Shown here: positions 1-9,045 of the stretch, in pieces
Numbering within the stretch: the first letter of the stretch is position 1
Layout: each line of letters begins with the position of its first letter
Origin: a bacterium
GTDB lineage: Bacteria; Patescibacteriota; Minisyncoccia; Phycocordibacterales; Zambryskibacteraceae
Assembly: GCA_030649135.1 (NCBI GenBank)
Contig: JAUSGI010000008.1
Location: 1-64,000 of the forward strand
Direction: 5' to 3'
Length of the DNA: 64,000 nt
The notes under the pieces: model-generated
The model's input: the letters and a program-made list of their open reading frames with translations, nothing else
Told to the model about the DNA's origin: nothing
The model's database searches: none
Made by a program: the position numbers and the translations under genes

Positions 1-189
1 GTGACAGAACGGCTGAAAAAAGATATAATAAAACTCGTAATTGATGAAGTGGTGATCGAAGGCGAGAGCGTCAAGATTTTTGCCACCATCCCTCTGCCGA
101 ATAAGATTCACGAACGGGAAATGGACAAAACTGACATTCCCGGTACTTTTAATGCTGGGGCTACCCTAGGCCCGGTGAACGAAACGAAT

Positions 190-1293
190 ATGGCTAGAAT
201 TTGGAATAAACACAAACAATCAAATACCCCTCTTAAAAGAAAGGTCTTCGTCGGACTTTCCGGAGGGGTGGATTCTGCAGTCAGCGCGGCACTTCTGAAA
301 AAACGCGGGTTTGATGTCACGGGTGTCTTTATCAAGGTTTGGCAGCCGGATTTTTTACCTTGCGGTTGGAGAGACGAGCGGCGTGATGCGATGAAAGTAG
401 CTATCATGCTTGATATTCCGTTTCTTTTCTTTGATTTTGAGGAAGAGTATAAAAAGGGTGTCGTTGATAAAATGATAGCCGAATATGAGATTGGCCGAAC
501 CCCAAATCCTGACGTGCTTTGCAACAAAGAAGTTAAGTTCGGGGCGTTTTGGAAGAAAGCCAGGGAAATGGGAGCAGATTATATTGCGACAGGTCACTAC
601 GCGAATATTGAAGATGGGAAAATGAAAGAAGGGAAAGATAAAGACAAGGACCAATCCTATTTCCTCTGGACCCTCAAGCAAAACGACCTTTCACATATTC
701 TTTTCCCGGTCGGTAATTTGAAAAAAAGTGAAGTGCGTAAGCTTGCCCGAAAATATAATCTGCCGGTTTCCGAAAAGAAGGACAGTCAGGGTATCTGTTT
801 TATCGGGGACGTTAGGATGGACGAATTCCTTGCCCATTTTATCTCGACTAAACCGGGCGATGTTTTGAATACTCGAGGCGAAATTGTGGGAACTCACAGC
901 GGGGCTTTACTCTACACTATAGGAGAAAGGCACGGCTTTGAAGTTCTCAAGAAACAATCGGAAGATGGGGCTTACTACATATTATCCAAGAATATGAAAG
1001 CAAATACCATTACGGTGTCAAACAAAGAACCGGAAATATTGGCACTTTCGCCAACCAAAATTACAGTCAAGAATGTTAACTGGATTACCGAACCTTTGGG
1101 ACCTTCGCTTACTGCAAGAATTCGGTACCGAGGAGAAAAACTGCCCGCCATACTCTCGCTCGAAGGTTCTCATATTGTAGTGGAATTCAGAAAACCGGTG
1201 CGGGGCCTTTCTCTCGGCCAGTCGATAGTTTTCTACAATGGCGATATTTGCCTTGGCGGGGGAGTGATGGATAAAGTTGTGCCAATAAAATAG
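190..1293 (+). CDS. mnmA: tRNA-specific 2-thiouridylase MnmA. The ORF is open in frame from base 1 to the window edge, so an N-terminal extension or upstream fusion is possible.
   Basis: PP-loop SGGVDSAVSA near the N-term; MnmA-like C-terminal part; ATG at 190 gives the typical ~367 aa. Confidence 0.8.
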   Translation: MARIWNKHKQSNTPLKRKVFVGLSGGVDSAVSAALLKKRGFDVTGVFIKVWQPDFLPCGWRDERRDAMKVAIMLDIPFLFFDFEEEYKKGVVDKMIAEYEIGRTPNPDVLCNKEVKFGAFWKKAREMGADYIATGHYANIEDGKMKEGKDKDKDQSYFLWTLKQNDLSHILFPVGNLKKSEVRKLARKYNLPVSEKKDSQGICFIGDVRMDEFLAHFISTKPGDVLNTRGEIVGTHSGALLYTIGERHGFEVLKKQSEDGAYYILSKNMKANTITVSNKEPEILALSPTKITVKNVNWITEPLGPSLTARIRYRGEKLPAILSLEGSHIVVEFRKPVRGLSLGQSIVFYNGDICLGGGVMDKVVPIK

Positions 1294-1319
1294 GCCTGCG
1301 GTTTGGTGCCGCAGGCCTA
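1292..1319. terminator. bidirectional hairpin terminator between mnmA and purD
   Basis: AGGCCTGCGG-ttt-GGTGCCGCAGGCCT inverted repeat directly after the mnmA stop. Confidence 0.6.
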
Positions 1320-1348
1320 GCTGAATTCCGAACGAAGAACTGTGCAAC

Positions 1349-2644
1349 CTACTTATTGAGAGACTTTGCGCCGATGTCCTTCCGGTACTGCATTCCCTCG
1401 AAGGAGATGCACTTGACGCCGGCATACGCACGATAGATCGCTTCCTTGAGAGTCGCACCAACCGCTGTCACGTAGAGCACTCGCCCGCCAGAAGTGACCA
1501 GTTGGCCATTGACCATTTGGGTTCCGGCATGGAACACCACGACTCCCGGCAGGCTTTGCGCTTTGTCGATACCGGTAATCGGCATACCCTTCTTGTAGTC
1601 GGGAGAGGGGTATCGGGCTGATGCCATTGTAATGCATGCTGCGTAGCCTGGATTCCACTTGATCTTGGTTTCGCGGAGTCTGCCGTCCACACACGCCCAA
1701 AGAGTCTTTAGGAGGTCTGATTCCCACAGACGCATGTAAACTTGCGCTTCCGGGTCACCGAACCGGGCATTAAACTCGAGTACCACCGGCCACCCCTCCC
1801 TCATCTTGAGTCCGGGGTAGAGCAGGCCGACGAACGGGTGACCATCCCTTTGCATACCAGCAAGAATCGGCTCGATGATACACTGGCGGACGAAGTCATG
1901 GTGGTTGAACCACGGTACGGGAGCGATGGTGCCCATGCCGCCGGTATTCGGACCCTCATCGCCATCATATATCGGCTTGTGGTCCTGTGCCGACGGAAAC
2001 AACTCATACGACGTACCATCACATAAGGCGTGAACGGATATCTCTTGCCCATCCACGAACTCTTCCGCAACGACCTTGTCACCCGCACTGCCGTGGATGC
2101 GCTGTATCATGAGCTCATCGAGTGCGTGCAGTACCTCTTTGTAACTGCGGCAGACGTAGGCTCCTTTGCCGAGCGCAAGTCCTGATGCCTTGAGCACGAT
2201 TGGCCGTAAATTCTTGTTGCCGAAGTGTTCTTGTGCCAGGACTACAGCGTTGGGGTAGTTGTCGAGGACCGTGAATGGCGCTGTTGGCACTCGGACTGAT
2301 CTCATGAGCTCTTTCGAATACACCTTGGATGACTCAATCCTAGTGGCCATTTTTGATGGCCCTAAGATACGCAGTTTGTGGCTTTGAAACAAGTCGACGA
2401 TACCTAGGGCTAGTGGATCGTCTTGTCCGACGATGGTGAACTCAATGCCTTCCTTGAGAGCGAAGGCTGCGAGCGCCAGGATGTTTGTTGCTTTGATCGG
2501 GACGTTTCTGACTTTGGTTAAGCCCTCCGTTCCCGCGTTTCCAGGAGCAACATAGAGCTCACTTATTTCCGGCGACTGACAAAGCTTCCACGCCAGTGCG
2601 TGTTCACGGCCACCACCACCAACGAGCAGCACTTTCTTCCCCAT
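1349..2644 (-). CDS. purD: phosphoribosylamine--glycine ligase; GC-rich gene
   Basis: MGKKVLLVGGGGREHALAWKL N-term; ATP-grasp body; start at MGKK rather than the upstream ORF extension. Confidence 0.9.
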   Translation of the reverse strand: MGKKVLLVGGGGREHALAWKLCQSPEISELYVAPGNAGTEGLTKVRNVPIKATNILALAAFALKEGIEFTIVGQDDPLALGIVDLFQSHKLRILGPSKMATRIESSKVYSKELMRSVRVPTAPFTVLDNYPNAVVLAQEHFGNKNLRPIVLKASGLALGKGAYVCRSYKEVLHALDELMIQRIHGSAGDKVVAEEFVDGQEISVHALCDGTSYELFPSAQDHKPIYDGDEGPNTGGMGTIAPVPWFNHHDFVRQCIIEPILAGMQRDGHPFVGLLYPGLKMREGWPVVLEFNARFGDPEAQVYMRLWESDLLKTLWACVDGRLRETKIKWNPGYAACITMASARYPSPDYKKGMPITGIDKAQSLPGVVVFHAGTQMVNGQLVTSGGRVLYVTAVGATLKEAIYRAYAGVKCISFEGMQYRKDIGAKSLNK

Positions 2645-2706
2645 GGTTTGGTCTCCTTGTCTTTGTTTGAGGTTCAGGTCTAGCCATAAGGTATAATAAA
2701 AAGACA

Positions 2707-3546
2707 ATGCGGACAACAACCGAGCAAATCACGGTTCTGAAGGCGAACGGCAGACGCGAGGCCTTTGAAATAGAAAAGCTTACCGCTTCGCTTCTACACT
2801 CTGGCGCCACCGAAGAGGCCACCGAGAAAGTTATATCGCACGTCTTGCCGGAACTTCGCGACGGCATGACTACCGATGATATTTATAAGCATGCTTTCTC
2901 CATTCTTCAAGAAATAAGCAAACCGGTTGCCAGAAGTTATTCTCTCCGCCGCGCTGTCATGGATCTGGGACCCTCGGGCTTTCCCTTCGAAGATTTCGTG
3001 GCCGAAATTCTTAAGGCCAAGGGATTTGAGTGCGAGACTCGCCAGACTGTGCTTGGCGGATGTGTGCCACACGAAGTGGATGTGGTGGCCTATAACAAAA
3101 AGAAACTAATTATGGTTGAGGCCAAGTTCCATAACGAGCTGGGTACCAAGTCGGACTTGAAGGTAGTGCTTTACATCAAAGCGCGATTTGACGACCTCCA
3201 GGAAAACGTCTTCAACTACGGTGGAAATAACAGACATATTACCGACTGTTGGCTTATCACCAATACCAAATTCTCCAGTACGGCTATTCACTACGGCGTT
3301 TGTAAAAATCTGACTATGATAGGATGGAATTATCCGGAGAAAGGTAGTTTGCAAGACATGATTGAAGATGAGGCGCTCCACCCCGTAACCTGTCTCGCCT
3401 CTCTCTCGGCTGCCGATAAGAAAACGCTTCTCGGCAAAAGGATAGTGCTTTGTTCGGATATCAAGAAAAATCCGAAATTGCTGACTGAATTATTGGGCAA
3501 TAGTTTTGATATTACTCCGGTTATTAATGAAATAAACGAATTATAA
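2707..3546 (+). CDS. ATP-cone domain fused to an Mrr-like PD-(D/E)xK restriction endonuclease domain
   Basis: N-term ITVLKANGRREAFEIEKL (ATP-cone); C-term FEDFVAEILKAKGFE...HEVDVVA...MVEAKF (Mrr_cat-like D...E.K). Confidence 0.7.
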   Translation: MRTTTEQITVLKANGRREAFEIEKLTASLLHSGATEEATEKVISHVLPELRDGMTTDDIYKHAFSILQEISKPVARSYSLRRAVMDLGPSGFPFEDFVAEILKAKGFECETRQTVLGGCVPHEVDVVAYNKKKLIMVEAKFHNELGTKSDLKVVLYIKARFDDLQENVFNYGGNNRHITDCWLITNTKFSSTAIHYGVCKNLTMIGWNYPEKGSLQDMIEDEALHPVTCLASLSAADKKTLLGKRIVLCSDIKKNPKLLTELLGNSFDITPVINEINEL

Positions 3547-3974
3547 TGGAACTCTTCTCTCTTTTGGTCGTGGCTCTGATTCTTGGTTCTACTTTGGGAC
3601 TGGAACGGTCTTTGGCCGGTAAGACTGCCGGTGTGCGTACTTTCGGTCTGGTCTCTATGGGTTCCTGTCTTTTCATTCTCATCGCGCGATTTGTTATCCC
3701 GACTTTTGAAGCGGTTAATTATGACCCATTGAGGATGGCGGCTGGGGTGGTGATGGGTATAGGTTTTCTTTGCGGTGGCGTAATTGTTTTCAAAGATTCC
3801 ACTTTAACTGGTTTGACCACGGCTGCCGGATTATGGGTAGCCGCCGGTATCGGTATGGCGGTTGGTTACGGACTTCTACCCTTGGCACTTTTCGCCACGG
3901 TAGCGACTCTCCTGGTCTTTACCGTCTTTTGGTTTATCGAACACAAAGTTATTCCTAATGGAAAAAATGAGTGA
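3546..3974 (+). CDS. MgtC/SapB family membrane protein
   Basis: LGSTLGLERSLAGKTAGVRTFGLVSMGSCLF motif; 4 TM helices. Confidence 0.8.
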   Translation: MELFSLLVVALILGSTLGLERSLAGKTAGVRTFGLVSMGSCLFILIARFVIPTFEAVNYDPLRMAAGVVMGIGFLCGGVIVFKDSTLTGLTTAAGLWVAAGIGMAVGYGLLPLALFATVATLLVFTVFWFIEHKVIPNGKNE

Positions 3975-4551
3975 GAGAGACGAGGCTCTGAAGAAAATCA
4001 AAGAAGAGGTAATCGGCCTAGGCGCCTCGCCGCTCTATGCCGAGAGGATGAGGAATAAATATTTTCCGGTGATAGGGGAGGGTAGTCACTCGGCTGAAAT
4101 AATGTTTATCGGCGAGGCGCCGGGGGAAAATGAAGCGAAGACCGGCAGGCCGTTTTGCGGGCGGGCGGGGAAAGTGCTTGATGACCTCTTGATTTCTGTC
4201 GGCATAGAAAGAAAAGATGTCTACGTGACCAATATCGTCAAAGACCGCCCGCCCGGCAATCGTGACCCATTACCGGATGAGATAGCGATTTATGCGCCGT
4301 TTCTTGACCGCCAGATTGAAATCATCAAGCCCAAAATAGTGGCCACGCTGGGGCGTTTCTCGATGCAGTATGTGATGACGCGCTACGGCCTCGAATGGGA
4401 ATTGGATTCTATCAGCAAGCTTCATGGCAAAGTCTTTAGCGCAAAAGATTTCCAATTTATTCCCCTGTACCATCCCGCCGCCGCCATTTACAATCAGCAT
4501 CTGCTGGGCACTCTCAAAGAAGATTTCAAAGCGCTTAGGACTCTAATTTAA
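3958..4551 (+). CDS. uracil-DNA glycosylase, family 4
   Basis: GEAPGENEAKTGRPFCGRAGKVLDDLL motif. Confidence 0.85.
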   Translation: MEKMSERDEALKKIKEEVIGLGASPLYAERMRNKYFPVIGEGSHSAEIMFIGEAPGENEAKTGRPFCGRAGKVLDDLLISVGIERKDVYVTNIVKDRPPGNRDPLPDEIAIYAPFLDRQIEIIKPKIVATLGRFSMQYVMTRYGLEWELDSISKLHGKVFSAKDFQFIPLYHPAAAIYNQHLLGTLKEDFKALRTLI

Positions 4552-4570
4552 GTATGTTATATTGGCTTCA

Positions 4571-5830
4571 ATGAAATCTGAAGAAATCAGGCGGCGATTC
4601 CTGGCATTTTTTGAGAAGCGCGGACACGCCGTTATTCCTTCTGCCTCGCTTGTACCAGAAAATGATTCTTCGGTCCTCTTCACCACTGCCGGGATGCAGC
4701 CTCTGGTGCCGTATTTAATGGGTAAGAAACATCCTCAAGGTAAGCGCTTGGTCAATATTCAGAAATGCGTACGTACTCAAGACATAGAAGAAGTGGGCGA
4801 CAATACTCACGATACTTTTTTTGAAATGCTAGGCAACTGGTCTCTCGGTGATTATTTTAAAGAAGATGCGATTAAATGGAGTTTCGAGCTCCTGACTTCC
4901 GAGTCGGAAGGTTTTGGTCTTGACCCTAGCCGTCTATATATAACGGTATTCGAAGGGGATGAAAATGCTCCTCGCGATGTGGAGTCTTTTGAAACTTGGA
5001 AAAAATATATGCCGGAGAATCGAATATTTTTTCGGGGCGCAAAATCAAATTGGTGGAGTGTGGGAGAGAGTGGCCCCTGTGGCCCCGATACGGAAATGTT
5101 CTACGATATCACCAAGGAAGGTCTCGGCGATATGAGTAAAGAAGAATACATAGCGGCCGATGAAAGGCAAAACGTGGTCGAAATATGGAACGACGTCTTT
5201 ATGGAATATGAGAAGAAAGATGGTCGGGTAGTCGGCAAGCTTTCCCAAAAAAATGTGGATACCGGCGCGGGTTTGGAGCGTTTGACTACGGCTCTGCAAA
5301 ATAAAGACAATATTTTCGACACAGATTTGTTTGCCCCGATGATGGCGGCTCTCTCAAGCGTATCTTTTCCAGATGTTCGCTCTGCACGCATTGTTACTGA
5401 CCATATCCGTACTTCGGTCTTTATGATTGCAGATGGCGTCACACCTTCCAATACCGACAGGGGATATGTTTTACGCAGATTGCTGCGCCGTTCCTATATA
5501 TATGCGAGAAAAATGGGAGCGGATATCGATATTTTGCACGCTGTGGCGAATATAGTGCTTGAGCATCCAAGTTATAAAGGACTTTATACTTTTAATGTCG
5601 ATACTGTAAAGTTAGTTACTGAAGAAATAGAGAAATTTAAAAAAACACTCGAAGCGGGTCTGAAGCAAATCGAGAAAGGCGAGGATCCATTTACGCTTTT
5701 TACCAGCTACGGATTGCCATTGGAGATTATCGAAGAAGTTGTGCCGGTCGACAGAGTAAAATTTCAACAACAAATGGAACAACACAAACAAATTTCCAGT
5801 GTGGCTGGGGAGAATAAATTTAAAAACTAA
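4571..5830 (+). CDS. alaS: alanyl-tRNA synthetase, catalytic and tRNA-recognition domains only (~419 aa; no editing or C-Ala domain)
   Basis: FTTAGMQPLVPY, class II motifs, GYVLRRLLRR, TSYGLPLEIIEE; ORF stops at ~420 aa and the next gene is unrelated. Confidence 0.85.
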   Translation: MKSEEIRRRFLAFFEKRGHAVIPSASLVPENDSSVLFTTAGMQPLVPYLMGKKHPQGKRLVNIQKCVRTQDIEEVGDNTHDTFFEMLGNWSLGDYFKEDAIKWSFELLTSESEGFGLDPSRLYITVFEGDENAPRDVESFETWKKYMPENRIFFRGAKSNWWSVGESGPCGPDTEMFYDITKEGLGDMSKEEYIAADERQNVVEIWNDVFMEYEKKDGRVVGKLSQKNVDTGAGLERLTTALQNKDNIFDTDLFAPMMAALSSVSFPDVRSARIVTDHIRTSVFMIADGVTPSNTDRGYVLRRLLRRSYIYARKMGADIDILHAVANIVLEHPSYKGLYTFNVDTVKLVTEEIEKFKKTLEAGLKQIEKGEDPFTLFTSYGLPLEIIEEVVPVDRVKFQQQMEQHKQISSVAGENKFKN

Positions 5831-5845
5831 GTTATAATATAAAGG

Positions 5846-7168
5846 ATGCCGAAAAAAATTGAAGATATTATTGTACCGGTAAGAAAAAGGAGTATCAGAG
5901 ATGTTCCTATTCCGGAAAGCCGTAGAAAGAATGAAGATATCTCCGACTCTTCTCTGCCGAGAGAACATAATTTTCCGGAAGTGGGGCACCGCGATATCGA
6001 CTTGCGCCGAGAAAACAGGAGGTTTCCCAAATTTTTTGGTAAAAGCGTGTGGGTTGCTACCGGTGTGGCTATCATAGTGCTCATCTTCGCCGCGCTCTCC
6101 ATATTTAATGGGGCTACTTTGGCTTATGTCCCCAAGTCTCTGGCAATCTCTTTCGACAAAGATGTTTACACGGCGCATAAGTCCGGAGAAGGCAAACTTC
6201 TTTACAGCATTATCAAACTTTCTGGAGACAAGGGACTAGATGTGTCTGCATCTGGGGAAGAAGAGATTCGAAGGAAGGCCAGCGGTCTCATCATTGTCTA
6301 CAACACAGGCGCCAAACAACAGAGATTAAGGGCGACTACGCGCTTCGAGACTCCGGATGGCAAAACTTATCAGGTCCAAGATGCCATCGTCGTGCCGGGT
6401 CAGAAGATAGTGCGCGGTGTCGAGGAACCGGGTGTCATAGAAGTCAAGGTTTATGCGGAAAATCCCGGAGAAGAATTTAATATTGGTCTAACAGATTTCT
6501 CCCTACCGGGTTTGAAAGGCACATCGCTCTTCTCGTCTGTGTACGCTCGCTCTAAGACAGAGATGTCGGGCGGGTTTATGGGTGTGGAAAAAGTGGTCAA
6601 CAACCAAGAGAAGGCGCAAGTGAGGGTGCGTCTCGAGACGACATTAAGAGACGAGCTTATCTCCGAAGCCAGAGCCCAAGTGCCGGAAGATTTCATCTTG
6701 TTCCCGTCTCTCTCTCGTGTGACTTTCGAGGACCTGCCCCAGACAGGCTCTCTAAGTAAAGATAGCGCGACTGTCAACATACGGGGTAATTTACAGGGGG
6801 TCATGTTCAAGAAAAGTGATTTAACTAATCACCTGGCTCTCGGTAAAATTACGCGTGTGGCCGGCGAGACAATAGACCTTGTGGCGCTAGATTCCCTTAA
6901 TTTTATTTTCGTGAATACTTCACCGGCGGATTTATTACTGGTGGATGAGATTAAGTTTATTGTGACGGGAGAAGTAACGGCGGTATGGCGCACCGATGAG
7001 GTGGCTCTGAAGGCTGACTTAGCCGGGAAGCATAAAAGAGATATTTCTTCCATCCTCAATAACTATCCAACCGTGCTGTCTGCCACCACCACCATCCGGC
7101 CGTTTTGGAAAAGCTCTTTCCCATCGGACGGCGCGCGCATATCAATGAAGAAACTACCTGTCAATTAA
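5846..7168 (+). CDS. hypothetical membrane-anchored protein (cytoplasmic N-tail, one TM, large extracytoplasmic domain)
   Basis: ORF with a single hydrophobic segment (VWVATGVAIIVLIFAALSIF); no recognisable domain. Confidence 0.5.
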   Translation: MPKKIEDIIVPVRKRSIRDVPIPESRRKNEDISDSSLPREHNFPEVGHRDIDLRRENRRFPKFFGKSVWVATGVAIIVLIFAALSIFNGATLAYVPKSLAISFDKDVYTAHKSGEGKLLYSIIKLSGDKGLDVSASGEEEIRRKASGLIIVYNTGAKQQRLRATTRFETPDGKTYQVQDAIVVPGQKIVRGVEEPGVIEVKVYAENPGEEFNIGLTDFSLPGLKGTSLFSSVYARSKTEMSGGFMGVEKVVNNQEKAQVRVRLETTLRDELISEARAQVPEDFILFPSLSRVTFEDLPQTGSLSKDSATVNIRGNLQGVMFKKSDLTNHLALGKITRVAGETIDLVALDSLNFIFVNTSPADLLLVDEIKFIVTGEVTAVWRTDEVALKADLAGKHKRDISSILNNYPTVLSATTTIRPFWKSSFPSDGARISMKKLPVN

Positions 7169-7171
7169 TAT

Positions 7172-7405
7172 ATGCCACAAAGCAAAGCTTTGGATGTAGA
7201 GAGAATGGGTGTTGTGGTTGAGTCTCTGCCCAATATCATGTTCCGGGTGAAGCTTGATGACTCGCCGGCTAGCGGAGAGGATACGATTCTTTCCTATCTG
7301 TCCGGCAAGATGCGTCTGCATCGTATTCGGGTCTTGGTGGGGGATAAGGTATTACTCGAGCTCGAACCCTATGGCGGTAAGGCTCGTATTATCAAGCGAC
7401 TCTAG
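7172..7405 (+). CDS. infA: translation initiation factor IF-1
   Basis: S1-like 77 aa; [16 protein letters not shown]. Confidence 0.9.
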   Translation: MPQSKALDVERMGVVVESLPNIMFRVKLDDSPASGEDTILSYLSGKMRLHRIRVLVGDKVLLELEPYGGKARIIKRL

Positions 7406-7442
7406 ACAAAAAAAGGAAGTTAAGCTAGAATGCAAACCTGTT

Positions 7443-7559
7443 ATGAAGGTAAAAGCGGCGGTTAGAAAGCTATGCGCAAAGTGCCAAATAGTCCGTAGAA
7501 AGGGCTATGTTTACGTAACTTGCAAAGCAAATCCTAGACATAAGCAAAGACAAGGCTAG
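7443..7559 (+). CDS. rpmJ: ribosomal protein L36
   Basis: [38 protein letters not shown]. Confidence 0.9.
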   Translation: MKVKAAVRKLCAKCQIVRRKGYVYVTCKANPRHKQRQG

Positions 7560-7937
7560 ATGAGAATATTAGGCATAACTATCCCGGAGGAAAAGCGTCT
7601 TGAAATTGGTCTCACGGCCATTTTCGGCATTGGTCGTCCTCGCGCCAGAACCATCCTCACCAAGGCCGGTGTGCCTCTGGGCAAGAAATCAAAGGAGGTC
7701 AGTATAGAAGAGGAAAATAAAATTCGTTCGGTTATCGAAAGTCTGACTTTAGAAGGTGATTTGAAAAGGGAAGTGGCGGGCAATATTAAACGGCTTAAAG
7801 ATATCAAGACTTACCGAGGCGTGCGCCATATGCGTAATCTGCCTGTCCATGGTCAGCGCACCAAGTCCAATGCGCGAACGAAACGAGGCGCGAGAAAGAC
7901 CATGGGTACGGGACGCAAAGTAGCGGAAAAGAAATAA
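7560..7937 (+). CDS. rpsM: ribosomal protein S13
   Basis: MRILGITIPEEKRLEIGLTAIFGIGRPRA. Confidence 0.95.
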   Translation: MRILGITIPEEKRLEIGLTAIFGIGRPRARTILTKAGVPLGKKSKEVSIEEENKIRSVIESLTLEGDLKREVAGNIKRLKDIKTYRGVRHMRNLPVHGQRTKSNARTKRGARKTMGTGRKVAEKK

Positions 7938-7943
7938 AATATA

Positions 7944-8396
7944 ATGGGTAAGAAAAGAATAGTAAAGACAGAAGAAGAAGCCGTCAAAAGCACAGATGGC
8001 AGTATTGCGGGTGTGGAAAAAAAGGAGGAGGTGAAGGTGTCGCGCAGACACTTCGACTCCGGTATTCTCTACGTCGAGTCTACATACAACAATACCAAGC
8101 TGACACTCACCGACAGCAAGAGTAATACTCTTGCGTGGTCTTCAAGCGGTAGTCTCGGATTCAGAGGGGCTAAGAAGGGTACACCATTTGCCGCCGCAAA
8201 AGTGGGCGAAACACTGTCACTTAAGGCCCAAACTCTGGGTATCAAAGAGGTCAAAGTGATAGTCAAGGGCGTGGGTTCCGGTCGGGAGTCGGCTATCCGA
8301 GGGTTTATTTCTAAAGGCATTAATTTGACCACTATCCAAGATAAGACTCCAGTGCCCCACAATGGTCCGAAACCACCTAAGCCGAGGAGAACTTAA
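7944..8396 (+). CDS. rpsK: ribosomal protein S11
   Basis: S11 core TLTDSKSNTLAWSSSGSLGFRGAKKGTPFAA. Confidence 0.95.
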   Translation: MGKKRIVKTEEEAVKSTDGSIAGVEKKEEVKVSRRHFDSGILYVESTYNNTKLTLTDSKSNTLAWSSSGSLGFRGAKKGTPFAAAKVGETLSLKAQTLGIKEVKVIVKGVGSGRESAIRGFISKGINLTTIQDKTPVPHNGPKPPKPRRT

Positions 8397-8401
8397 CAAA
8401 T

Positions 8402-9010
8402 ATGAAAATAGGACCTAAATATAAAATAGCGAGACGCTTGGGTGCACCAATATTTGAAAAAACCCAAACCCCGAAATACGCACTGTCGCTGGCTCGCAAA
8501 GAGAGAAGTGACCGCAAGGGTCGTAAAAAGCCGAAAAGCGAATTCGGTATCGCGCTTGTGGAAAAGCAGAAAGCTCGTTTCAGCTACGGCATCGGCGAGA
8601 AACAATTCAGAAATTATGTTAGCAAGGCGTTGCGCTCCCTGGATCCTATACAAGGATTGTTTGCCACTCTTGAGAGTCGACTCGACAATGTGCTCTTCCG
8701 TGCCGGGCTGGCCAAAACGCGCGCGCAGGCCCGTCAGATTGCCGGCCATGGTCACACCTTGATTAACAACGCTCGGGTGACCGTACCATCAATTCTATTG
8801 TCGCAGGGCGATACCGTCAGTCTGCGCGCCGGTTCCGCCGGAAGTCCTCTGTTTGGAGAGGTAGAGGAGAGGATGAAGACCTTGGCAGCGCCGGCATGGC
8901 TTAAGGTTGACCCGGCCAGCAAGTCTGTGACTGTGCTGGAGAAGCCGGTGTACGTGGGGAAGGAACATGTCTTCGATCTTGGAATAGTGATTGAATTCTA
9001 TAACAGATAG
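8402..9010 (+). CDS. rpsD: ribosomal protein S4
   Basis: MKIGPKYKIARRLGAPIFEKT; S4 domain. Confidence 0.95.
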   Translation: MKIGPKYKIARRLGAPIFEKTQTPKYALSLARKERSDRKGRKKPKSEFGIALVEKQKARFSYGIGEKQFRNYVSKALRSLDPIQGLFATLESRLDNVLFRAGLAKTRAQARQIAGHGHTLINNARVTVPSILLSQGDTVSLRAGSAGSPLFGEVEERMKTLAAPAWLKVDPASKSVTVLEKPVYVGKEHVFDLGIVIEFYNR

Positions 9011-9045
9011 TGTTATAATTAAAACTTAATTTTTTTATATTTTTT

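Noticed and set aside
8442-8762. Overlapping alternative-frame ORFs inside ribosomal/chaperone genes (e.g. 8442-8762, 7254-7442 portion, 12074-12322, 11030-11434)
   Set aside because: They are embedded in well-supported conserved genes on the same or opposite strand, with no independent signals.
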